A stretch of 64,000 nucleotides of DNA from a virus. Under the pieces are notes generated by a model that saw nothing but the letters and a program-made list of their open reading frames with translations, was not told the DNA's origin and ran no database searches. This document shows, piece after piece, positions 18,377 to 28,093 of the stretch (within the stretch, counting starts at the first letter, position 1; every line of letters begins with the position of its first letter). The DNA lies in IMG/VR virus record IMGVR_UViG_3300027901_000002, positions 35,015-99,014 of that record. One strand, 5' to 3'. The translations under genes and the position numbers were made by a program.

Positions 18377-19799
18377 AATTCCTTACCACAACCACAACAA
18401 TAAATATAGACTGTTTCGCATTCCATTCCTATGTTAGTTTTGTCTATTTTTCGACAGGGTAACGTGAATTCTGCGTATTCGTGTTGAGTCCTTTCCCATT
18501 CGAAATTCTTAGAGCCGCATTTTGGACAACATTCTATATCCGTTAATCTATCAATAATATATTTTACAAATTCTTCTTCTTCGCATTTATCCATTTAAAT
18601 CAACAATTGTAAGTGTCTTGAAAAATTATTTTGTTACAATTTTTACATTTAATAACAATATAATCGTGATATTCTGGAAAAAAATTGGAGTCCAATTTTT
18701 TAATGTAATCTTCTTCTACTCCAAAACTAAACACGCCTAAATCCATTTCTATGGAACCGTAAAATTCTGTACAACCACATTCACACGATATTCCTTCTTC
18801 GTCTAAAATTTGGAGTAGGTATTCTTTTAATCCTTTCTCAAAATCTGACATCTAAATCAACTTGTCTATTATTTCTTCATTCATCGTACAATACCTTCCC
18901 ACAACAATTACAGTTTATTTTGTGATGTCCATGTGGATAAATTTCGTAAGGATGGTCGCTTATAACTTTACCTTTTTTATCGATATTTATAAAAGTACTA
19001 ATTGTTACGCAGAATTCGTCGTTTCCACAATCTGGACACTCTGGTTCGTCCAATTCTTCAATTAGCCACTCAAATTCACTCATTTTTTTCACTTTTTAAG
19101 TATGATTCTATACTGTTATAAGAGGAAGTGCGTTCTGTGTTACAGCTCGTGCACTTCCACGTGATTTTGACGAGGTTACCTTCTCGTTGTATTTTTATTC
19201 TTTTCCAATTATGATGACAAATTCGATAAGACACCTATCATCACAACAATTATGGCAATTAAGATAAATATTATGCAGACGATACAACCACAATACCAAG
19301 CTTTTTCGTGTGGTTGTTCGCGACTCATTGTTTAATGCCTAAAATTTTATAACTTCCGTCTTCATTTACTTCTATTTCAATTCCAATCTCACATAAACAA
19401 TAAGCGAAATTGCAGCTTATTGCGTCTTCGCTAAGTCCAATTTGTAATCCTTTTTCCCACATACTGTCTTTGTTTGAATGGAGATATATAACAGTTTTGT
19501 AAGGAAAAATTGGCTTTTCTTTCAAATATAATTTTATTCCACAACGAGGACAATATTCGTCCCCATATTTATGTTCGCAATTCATTTTAATCCTTCCTAT
19601 TATAAACAGAAACTTCGTTCCCTTTTATTATAACTCTAAATTTTGAGCCGCAATTTTTGCATTCACAATCACATCCTTTGTAAAGGGGCATTAATTTTAA
19701 CTCAATTTTCGTTTTACAGTCTGGACAATTAAATTCAATCATTTTTTTCCAACTAATCCTTTTAAAATTTCTTCTGTTGTGTGGTCTTCTTGATGCCAC
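18373..19799 (-). other. Array of small Zn-ribbon proteins
   Basis: CPKCG..CGCG, CECGC..CKNC, CPDCG..CNCCG, CPRCG, CPDC..CKNCG. Confidence 0.65.
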
Positions 19800-19933
19800 A
19801 TCATCCTATCAGAGATAGGAGGCACGTTAAAAACGTAATTAATAAGAAATTGTCCGAGTCTCATGTCTGGACAACGCTCCCACGCTTCTTTCAACAGAGA
19901 AGTTATTACTTCTATTCTTTTTTGGTCTCGCAT
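19739..19933 (-). CDS. DUF1040-like small protein (paralogue 1)
   Basis: MRDxxRI...W...PDMRLGQ..IN motif. Confidence 0.65.
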   Translation of the reverse strand: MRDQKRIEVITSLLKEAWERCPDMRLGQFLINYVFNVPPISDRMMWHQEDHTTEEILKGLVGKK

Positions 19934-21083
19934 TTTAATTCGTTTATCGCGTCTTCTATATGTTGTTTAAACAATTCTTTTTTAAACCCAAAATTAGTAT
20001 TATCGAGTTTGTCTTTAAAAGGAATGTAAAGCATACTATCTAATTTGGCACACAGCCAACAAATCATTCGTTCGTGTTCATCCTTTCCTCTATAATAAGA
20101 TTTTGAGTAGTGATATCTTTTTATTTTTTTTATGTAAAAATACCAGAGTAATTCTGTAAAATAGGTTGTTTGTTTTGTGTGTTTAGTAGATTTATCTCTT
20201 ACATCTTTTCCAAAAACTTTCATAGTTTTATCGTATATAAAATCCAATTCTCTATGCGTAATATGTAGATCGAGTCTTCTATCTCTTTTGTTTATTTATA
20301 TCACCTTTTAAATCATTTTGTATAGATTGTACTACATCAAACATGTGAGGATTAAACTCTCCAAAATCTTTTACAAATTCTACTATTTTATTGTGGTGCC
20401 TACGAGCTTTAATTTTGGAATGATATCTTTTCATATATATTTCTTTGCCGTTTTTAAAGATCATTGTTTCATATTTTCCTCCAATGTGTTTAAAAGATTT
20501 TTCCATTATTTTGTACATAGTTGGTGTTACAATATGAAAAGGATCGAAAAAATGTAAACAAACGGTCGAAATGTAATAATCACCAAATTTTCTCCTCAAT
20601 TGCCATTTAATTTTTGGTCTATACATTAGAAACACATTAAGAAAATAAGTCTCATTGGCATCGTAATTAAACAATAACCAATCCAACATAACCCTACAAA
20701 ACCACAAAAATCGTTGTCTTTTTGTACGCCTATTATTATCAAAATAAATCCAGCAAAACCAATTAAACTAGGAACTAATAAAAACCACGCTAATATTTCG
20801 AATGTAATTTCGATCATCTTAATAAATGTAATTTCATTTGTCTTTCGAGACACAACCCTACAAAATATTCTGGAACGATATATAAACCCCAAACGACGAG
20901 CATTAAATTATGTCTTGTGTTTTGATTTAAACTAATCATTTTCGATGTCCTCTTCGTATAAAACATTCAGAATGATTAAATCTACCGAGATATTCTACGA
21001 TGTTGTCTTTTTCTTGGAATCTTTCTCTACATATGTAGCAAAAATTCCAAATCATAAATGTTGTTACCATATCCCACAAACCT

Positions 21084-21347
21084 TTAAGAAACATTTTTAT
21101 CCTTTTTTATAATCCATTTGTAAATTCCTTGAACATCGATACAAATTCCAGGCGCGTAAATAATAAATACCAACGACCAGACTTGTAGTGTGATAAAAAA
21201 TATTAAGAAAAAAGTGTCTGTACAAAGCCAAATAATCCAACACCATTTAATCTTTCTTGAGGCTAAAAAAAAGCCAAATTGAGACCAAATAGCAAAAATC
21301 CAATCAATCATCTTCTTCCCATTTTTTAGCGCATTCGTCGCATCCAA
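21084..21347 (-). CDS. PnuC-like (half-size) nicotinamide riboside transporter family membrane protein
   Basis: GFFLASRKIKWCWIIWLCTD...GIYKW pattern; three TM segments. Confidence 0.6.
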   Translation of the reverse strand: MDATNALKNGKKMIDWIFAIWSQFGFFLASRKIKWCWIIWLCTDTFFLIFFITLQVWSLVFIIYAPGICIDVQGIYKWIIKKDKNVS

Positions 21348-21520
21348 CGCCCCACACTCGTTCTTCTCCGTCTAACTCGTAAAAGAGCAGATTTATTTCT
21401 TCTGTAAGAATTAGAGCGTTGCAAGCGTCGCAAACGATTTGATCGTCTGGAACATTACTTATATTTTCCGAGACAACGAATCCTTTTTCGTTTAAATGAG
21501 TAAAAGTAATTTTTCTATTT

Positions 21521-21838
21521 TTAAACATGGGATGGTGTCTCGATACTTTCTTGGTCGGCATCTTCAATCGCGTCCAATATTTCAAATTTTTCTAAATCTT
21601 TAAATACAGCGTCAATAACAACTTTTCTTATGTATTGACTTTTAGAGCTATACAATTCTGTAAAATATGTATTTATAATATCTACTATTCGTGGAGGCAA
21701 AAACAACGAACAATTTATCATTTTTTTACACTTTGGACAAGTCCATTTCTTTTTATAGGGAATCCAACCGTTTATTTTTGCTTCCACTTTTGAAAAGTAT
21801 TTTTCTTCGACGCCGCATCTTTTACATTTTATTATCAT
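21521..21838 (-). CDS. Zn-ribbon plus RHH protein
   Basis: CKRC..GW..CPKC followed by LYSSKSQYIRKVV. Confidence 0.6.
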   Translation of the reverse strand: MIIKCKRCGVEEKYFSKVEAKINGWIPYKKKWTCPKCKKMINCSLFLPPRIVDIINTYFTELYSSKSQYIRKVVIDAVFKDLEKFEILDAIEDADQESIETPSHV

Positions 21839-21940
21839 TTTTGTTCTTCTTTTTAAATACTTTTAAACAATTTTCACAAATGTAAGCTTTATGATGTGAT
21901 ATTTTTGTGATATTTTTTGACCCACAATAAGGACATTTTT

Positions 21941-23644
21941 TTAAACCAAACAATTTATTAACAACCTTCCAAATTTTAAAAGTGTTCCTATTAACTCTCG
22001 CGGACGATAAGTATATACCGTCGTAAAATTTCCTCGTCCATACATCTCTAATAAATGACGACCGTGTGCATCAATACTAAAAGCATATATTCCTTTAACC
22101 ATTTTTTTTGCTTTGTATATTTCAAAAACCGCCTCTTCCATTCCGTATCCGTTGTGACCAGCAGGTTGTCCATCTGAAAAAACTATTATATAACCGCCTT
22201 TATTTTTGTTTGCCTCGTATAAAACAGAAGTACCGTCTAGGTTTTCATAAATGTTTTTTCTACTACCAAATTTATCAAACAATTCTGGTTTAGTATCTTC
22301 GTCAAAATCTTTCACTACAACATTATTAGCACGAGAGTTTCCACTAAAAAGTACAACTCTTATATTAGCAATGTCTTGAAGAGCTTCATTAAAAACAACC
22401 ACTGCTTTTTTAGCAGTATGTGCTTTTTCATCTGGTTTAGTATGACTTCCAAACATACTTCCAGAAATATCTACTAAGAGAGTTATTTTTCGTTGTATTA
22501 ATTTATCTTTTTTAGAAAAGACTTTTTTGTAATCAGAAATAATTGCTCTTACAAACATGTTGTTTAGTCGCCCCCTTTTTCTAAACTTTTGCGGGTCAGC
22601 TAATTTTTGTTTAAAATAGTGTCGCAAATTGTTTATTACACTAAAAAATTCATTAACTATTTCTTTATATGTTGGATAACTTTCATAATTCTCCATTGGC
22701 GCAAATTTTATTTGTTCTTCTGTACATCTTCTAGTTTTTAAAAAAGAACCAGGATTATAAACCAATTTATTAAAATGATTTTTCAATTTATCGTGGATAT
22801 CTTGAACATCGCCGTTTTTAAATTGTGGGTAATACATACATAATTTTTTAATGATTTTTTGTTTTTCTTCTTCGTCTAATTCTGATAATAATTTTATCAA
22901 TTTTTGTATTAAATCGTCTATATCATCTTTAGTATAAAAATTTGGGTTGTGTTTTCTATCAAAATTAAATTGGGGAAATGTTCCTAGCGAGCCAGGTTTA
23001 GAACGATCACCATCACATGATTGTTGTGATGGAGGTGGAGACTCTTTTTTTGGCAAATCTTCTTTTTCTTTTTGTATTAATTTACCAATCATATCAGCAG
23101 CAAAAACAGTTGCCATCGTAGTTCTATTTTGCTGTATTATTTCTTTTGCTTTATCTATTACTTCGAGTGCGTTTTCGCTAATTTTACCTTGAAAATTTTC
23201 TACCAAATCTTCGTAATACGCAGCTAAATCCATAAAAAATCCGTCTTTTCCTGGTCGATATAATTCCAAAGTTTCTAACAATTTTTTTCTAAAAGGTCTA
23301 TAAAATCCAGGAAACATATACTTGTTTATTGTATTTATCCGCAAATCTTCGATAATATTTACTAAACTTCTTGCGTCTTGATGCGAAAGATTGTATTTGG
23401 CTTCTAAAAATTGCGGTAAATAATAATTTATTTGCTCAGTGAAGCTTCCATGTCCAATATGACCACCCTCGTGAATTACATACCCTTCAGACAAAGGTAA
23501 ATCTTCATTTGGGAGGAAAAGGGAGTGGTTGTCGCAACACGGACTTGTGACGTCTCCTATTACTATTTTAATTTTACGTAAGCCGCTTACCCGTATTGCT
23601 AATCGCTTTAAAGTTTCGAGTTCTACTTCTGTAAATCTTGTCAT
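21941..23644 (-). CDS. vWA (MIDAS) domain protein with N-terminal HExxH, CobT/NorD-like
   Basis: VIHEGGH, NIIEDLRI, LLVDISGSM, VFSDGQP. Confidence 0.85.
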   Translation of the reverse strand: MTRFTEVELETLKRLAIRVSGLRKIKIVIGDVTSPCCDNHSLFLPNEDLPLSEGYVIHEGGHIGHGSFTEQINYYLPQFLEAKYNLSHQDARSLVNIIEDLRINTINKYMFPGFYRPFRKKLLETLELYRPGKDGFFMDLAAYYEDLVENFQGKISENALEVIDKAKEIIQQNRTTMATVFAADMIGKLIQKEKEDLPKKESPPPSQQSCDGDRSKPGSLGTFPQFNFDRKHNPNFYTKDDIDDLIQKLIKLLSELDEEEKQKIIKKLCMYYPQFKNGDVQDIHDKLKNHFNKLVYNPGSFLKTRRCTEEQIKFAPMENYESYPTYKEIVNEFFSVINNLRHYFKQKLADPQKFRKRGRLNNMFVRAIISDYKKVFSKKDKLIQRKITLLVDISGSMFGSHTKPDEKAHTAKKAVVVFNEALQDIANIRVVLFSGNSRANNVVVKDFDEDTKPELFDKFGSRKNIYENLDGTSVLYEANKNKGGYIIVFSDGQPAGHNGYGMEEAVFEIYKAKKMVKGIYAFSIDAHGRHLLEMYGRGNFTTVYTYRPRELIGTLLKFGRLLINCLV

Positions 23645-23646
23645 CT

Positions 23647-24729
23647 TTATAATTGTTCTATAAGACGAGGTTTAAAATCAATACCTTTTAAAAATTCTTC
23701 GACAAATTTTTGTTCTTTTTCGTCTTCAGACAATTTATTAACAATAATCGCTTGTACGCTTTGCTTCAAAAATCTTTTTCCCATTCTGGCTACAATTGAA
23801 GCAAAATTGACACACATTCTCGTTGAAAACAATCTGTTCAACGATTTATCTATTAAGGCGGCTTTTCTTAAATGGTCAGCCGCTTCTACGACGACTGAGG
23901 CAAATCCTTCAGAACAAGGAACATTTCTCGTAATAATTTCTATTTCTTTTCTTTTTTCTGGATAGTCAAATTTCCAACCTATTGGAAACCTATCGTTAAA
24001 AGCTTCTTGTAATTCGTTAATTCCAAGTACATTAAAATTAACTGTCGCGATTACAATTAATTTTGCGTCTGAATTTAAACCGTGTCGTTCGCTAGATTTT
24101 GATATTAAGTTTAAATGTCCCTCGGATAAAATTCCATTAAGAGAAATCTGTTCTGGCGTTTGAATTGTATTTGCTTCGTTTATAATTAAAAAACAAATTC
24201 CGTTTTTGTTTGCTTCTTTAACGGCTAAAACTAAAGGGCCGTAACTAAATCGAGTTTGTCCATTAATTATTTCCCAACAACCCTCTAAATCTCTTCTGTC
24301 TAATTGAGGACTTCCATCTATTATGAAGTATCTTGAATTAAAGTGTTTCGCTAACGAAATTGCGAGTAGAGTTTTACCAGTACCTGGAGGGCCGCTGAGT
24401 AATATACCAAGACTTTTTCCTTGTTCAGCAATTTTTATACATTCCATTAGATAGTCGAGTTCTCTCCCTTGTTGAACATATCGTTGTTCTTCACAATACC
24501 TTCTTCTATTTTGTTTTTTTGCAAAATGTGCTTGTTTTGCAAATTCTATGGCTTTGTCTCTCCTTAAAATAGTTTTTGTATGTTTTTTAGTCCAAAAGAA
24601 AGTTTCGCCACATTCTAAACATTCTATAACATAATCTCCGTCGTCTCTGTTTCTTATTTTAAGACAATTAGTGTGACAATCTTGACATTTCATGTTACGA
24701 AGCGATTGTCCTAATCTTTTATCTACCAT
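23647..24729 (-). CDS. MoxR-family (CbbQ/NirQ/NorQ-like) AAA+ ATPase with N-terminal Zn ribbon
   Basis: GPPGTGKT; LIINEAN (Walker B with N in place of D); QEAFNDRF; FSTR. Confidence 0.85.
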   Translation of the reverse strand: MVDKRLGQSLRNMKCQDCHTNCLKIRNRDDGDYVIECLECGETFFWTKKHTKTILRRDKAIEFAKQAHFAKKQNRRRYCEEQRYVQQGRELDYLMECIKIAEQGKSLGILLSGPPGTGKTLLAISLAKHFNSRYFIIDGSPQLDRRDLEGCWEIINGQTRFSYGPLVLAVKEANKNGICFLIINEANTIQTPEQISLNGILSEGHLNLISKSSERHGLNSDAKLIVIATVNFNVLGINELQEAFNDRFPIGWKFDYPEKRKEIEIITRNVPCSEGFASVVVEAADHLRKAALIDKSLNRLFSTRMCVNFASIVARMGKRFLKQSVQAIIVNKLSEDEKEQKFVEEFLKGIDFKPRLIEQL

Positions 24730-25157
24730 TTACATCAATTCTAATTGTAGTTTCGTTGCTATTATTTTAATTTCTTGTAAGTGTTTAACGAACAATTTTT
24801 TAAATCGTTCTTCGTGAATACCATTAATAATTGATTTTAACCATTCCATTGTGCCTAATAATCCTTTCCAATATTCTTGTATAATCAAGGCAGTTTTTTC
24901 TACTTTTTGAACAAAATAATTACATAAATGTTCTTCTTCGCTTTTTGACATTTTAAACATCTATTATTGCTATTATTGCTATAAGTGCTAAAATTACCAA
25001 AAATATACCTAATTCTATTAGTGCGGCATAAATTCCAAACATTACGAATTCTCCAAACAATATGTCGCCGTATGGAGTCGTCCAAAAATTTATAGACAAT
25101 AAAATTAAATAAATAATCCACCAAATCAAAACTACTAAACTTCCCACGTAATTTTTT

Positions 25158-25469
25158 TCAGTCATATTTTTTTCGCACTTCTTCTATATCTACTTCTGTA
25201 ATTACAAAACCTTCTTTAATAAACTGTTCGATGTCTTTTTTAACAATACTTTCTTTATCCCACCAGCATTCACAACCCCAAACGATCTTGCCGTTGTCAA
25301 GAAGAATTTTTGGATTTAATTGCCCTAACGCTCTCACAATTGGCGCTACACCTCTTGCGTTTTCGTCTGGGGTTTCGTATCCAATTAACTCTCCATACCC
25401 TAAAAATTCTACTTGTTTATTGTCGTCGTCTATTGATAAAAAAGCACCAACTCTTATATTTTCCGACAT
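25158..25469 (-). CDS. Conserved hypothetical protein (NPxIxLDxGxxVWGCECWW)
   Basis: 103-aa ORF in operon context. Confidence 0.65.
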   Translation of the reverse strand: MSENIRVGAFLSIDDDNKQVEFLGYGELIGYETPDENARGVAPIVRALGQLNPKILLDNGKIVWGCECWWDKESIVKKDIEQFIKEGFVITEVDIEEVRKKYD

Positions 25470-25470
25470 T

Positions 25471-26382
25471 TTAAATCTTATTTAACAATAAATTGTTGTC
25501 TTCTAATAACTTTAAAAATTCTTTTGGACGCGTTCTATTTAAATGTTCTTTTCCATTTCCAAAATTTCGCGCCAAAAATCTTAAATAATCCATTATAGTT
25601 CCTCGAGTAAGATAACGCCACTGTTCTTCGTCTCCAGAAAAATCCTTTATGTAAAGTTCGTGGTTAAATTTAACAGCAACAATATGATAGTCTCTATACC
25701 AACTTCTTTGTTTAAAGAAGTAAATTGTTCCTCTGATTCTAAGCCACATTGTAAATGATGTATACCACGTATCGGCTATCTGGCGAAATCCCTCGTCGAT
25801 TCGAGTGTGTATTTCTAACGCTTTTCTTCTTCTTTCCATTTCTTTATCGTACGCTTCTAATTGAGACATTTTATCTCTTAAGTAAGGGGAAGCAGATATT
25901 TCTTCTGGAGTAAAACCAAATTTTTTGTAAAATCTCCAACCGTCGTAAGTCGACGGGCTCGGAATGAAATAATCTATTAATTTTTTGTTTGCAATATATT
26001 TTTCGTCTATTTGTTTTATCAAAAATTCTTTGTATTTTGGATTTGCCAACGACAATTCTTTTAACAAAGGCCACGACAAACTACTATGCAGCAAACGACA
26101 ATCGCAATCGTGCTCTATCCACGCTTGTAAATTAGAACAATGTCCCCAAAATTCGTCTTCTGGAGGAATTTTAAATTGTGTGGCTTGATATTCTGTTTGA
26201 TATGTACTCAAATCGTCTATCGACTCTATTTTATTTATTTTGTCGAAATTGCTTGGAGTGAGAACTACCAATAAATATTTACACATGCTTATGTACTTAT
26301 CGTTTATGTAAATATTTGTTTTTTTGCCTTCTAATTTAACTTCCATTTCTTCAGTAATTTTATAACATAATGATTCTGTCAT
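25471..26382 (-). CDS. Protein with Lokiarchaeia-type N-terminal domain
   Basis: KLEGKKTNIYIND...CKYLL...ESIDD...IPPEDEFWGHCSNLQAWIE...RLLHSSLSWPLLKEL resembles a domain I recall from Lokiarchaeia proteins, often LRR-fused. Confidence 0.7.
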   Translation of the reverse strand: MTESLCYKITEEMEVKLEGKKTNIYINDKYISMCKYLLVVLTPSNFDKINKIESIDDLSTYQTEYQATQFKIPPEDEFWGHCSNLQAWIEHDCDCRLLHSSLSWPLLKELSLANPKYKEFLIKQIDEKYIANKKLIDYFIPSPSTYDGWRFYKKFGFTPEEISASPYLRDKMSQLEAYDKEMERRRKALEIHTRIDEGFRQIADTWYTSFTMWLRIRGTIYFFKQRSWYRDYHIVAVKFNHELYIKDFSGDEEQWRYLTRGTIMDYLRFLARNFGNGKEHLNRTRPKEFLKLLEDNNLLLNKI

Positions 26383-26386
26383 AATC

Positions 26387-26668
26387 TTAAGTTTTTGCGT
26401 CTTTTTTGGATTGATTCGACAACATTTTTTTTAATAAGCGTTCCGTTTCGTGGTCTTCTTGATGCCACATGTTAGAGCTTTGTGGAGGCGGAACAAAAAA
26501 AGTAAAATTAATAAGCAATTGACCTAATCTCATGTCTGGAAAATATTTCCACAATTTTCCAAGAGATTCTAAGATTCTGTCGATCCTCGCTGGATCTCTC
26601 GTAATTTCTTTTTCTTTTTTGTAAATTCTAAACATAATCGTGAAAGGTGAAACTTGGAAGTGGTACAA
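26387..26668 (-). CDS. DUF1040-like small protein (paralogue 2)
   Basis: RDPARIDRIL...W...PDMRLGQLLIN...MWHQEDH. Confidence 0.65.
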   Translation of the reverse strand: MYHFQVSPFTIMFRIYKKEKEITRDPARIDRILESLGKLWKYFPDMRLGQLLINFTFFVPPPQSSNMWHQEDHETERLLKKMLSNQSKKDAKT

Positions 26669-27399
26669 GGAGGAGGGGTTGATTATCCAAAATAGTGATA
26701 CGAACTAAAATTAAAACCACTTCCTAAGTTTCTTGTTTTATAAATTCTCGTAAGTGCCACAACTCGTGTTTTTCTAACCAATTAATGTCCGTTCTACTCG
26801 AACTTAACATTGTTTGTAATATTTGAACCCTATTTCTACGATCGGTGTTGTAAGAAGAACATGTATTTTTAATACACTTGTTTGGCTTGCATTTATAAAG
26901 GATACAATGTTTAACGCATCCCATACAAATAGGCGAGGACTTGTTGGTTTTTACGCTTTTCATTTTAATCGTTTTATTGAATGTATTTTAATTCCCGCGC
27001 GCATTTTTCGCACAAAAATCGAGTAGAGCCTGGAATTGGTTCGGAGTCTTTTATCTCCTCAAAATCTCCGCGTTCGTCCATTTTCCAAACTTTTTCTACA
27101 TCTTCGACGCAATAACGAGCGATAGCTGGACAATGATCGCAGTATTGTTTGTCTCTAATTGTTTCGAGAATGTCGAGTTGAGTTTCCAGCATAAGAAGAG
27201 TTGCTTGTTTTTCGTGAGCGTACGCTTCTTCCATACGCAAATTTAAAACCATATTTTTTAATACTTTGTTGCTCTTTAACAATTCTTCTAATTCGCTTTC
27301 CTTTATAACTTTCATAATTTTAAGTAATGATGTTTTGTAATCGTAAAAATAAAGAAAAAAAAATCAAACAAAAAAAATGTTAGTTTGATGTTAATTGTT

Positions 27400-27840
27400 T
27401 TACTTCGAATTGGATAAATCTAAATCTTGTAGAAATTCGTCTAGGACGCTCCACAAGCCAGAAGGACTGAAATCTCCAGGAGTCGATACTTCTTTGTCTA
27501 ATTGAGACCTTTGCCAAAAGTTGTTTTCTACTAAAAAGGTTTTGTAGTCTTCGTGATCCTTAGCCCAATCTTGTATAATTTTCCATCTTTCTTTAAGAGG
27601 AATTTTTGAGATTGGTCGTTGATCGATCTTTTTGAGGTCTGGTACCTCAGTAAGGGCGTACGCCGTTTCAACTTTGTCGAGAGGTTTCATTGTTTTTTCT
27701 CCGCTAAAACATCTTTTCTGATGTTCTGGAGGAAGTTGGGAAACGATTTTGACGATTTGATTCTTCTTTAAAGTAATATACGAGGAATCTTTAGTCCGTT
27801 CACTGATTTCAGTTTTAGACATTCCTTTTTTACCTGCCAT
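27400..27840 (-). CDS. Hypothetical protein with strong SD
   Basis: AGGAGGT 6 nt upstream of the ATG; followed by T-tracts. Confidence 0.7.
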   Translation of the reverse strand: MAGKKGMSKTEISERTKDSSYITLKKNQIVKIVSQLPPEHQKRCFSGEKTMKPLDKVETAYALTEVPDLKKIDQRPISKIPLKERWKIIQDWAKDHEDYKTFLVENNFWQRSQLDKEVSTPGDFSPSGLWSVLDEFLQDLDLSNSK

Positions 27841-28093
27841 AGCTTTTACCTCCTAATTTTATATTTGGTTAATAATTTTGTTGGTAGATTTTACTGTGAA
27901 ATAAATTCCACTCTATACTATGATATCTCGAATTTGAGATCTTAAAATCTGTGAGAGCTAGGATTATTTCGGTTAATCTAATTGATTGAATAAAGAAAAT
28001 ATTCTCGGATATTCACGATGTAGGGAATACTGGATAAAGAAATTGATTGAAATGAGCCGCTGGTAAAGCGCAAAGTTTATAAATGATGCTACA

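Noticed and set aside
23920-23935. Additional ACGAGAAAT BHB-like half-site in the AAA+ gene
   Set aside because: I found no matching GA-CTCG-AAA partner or complementary inner helix nearby.
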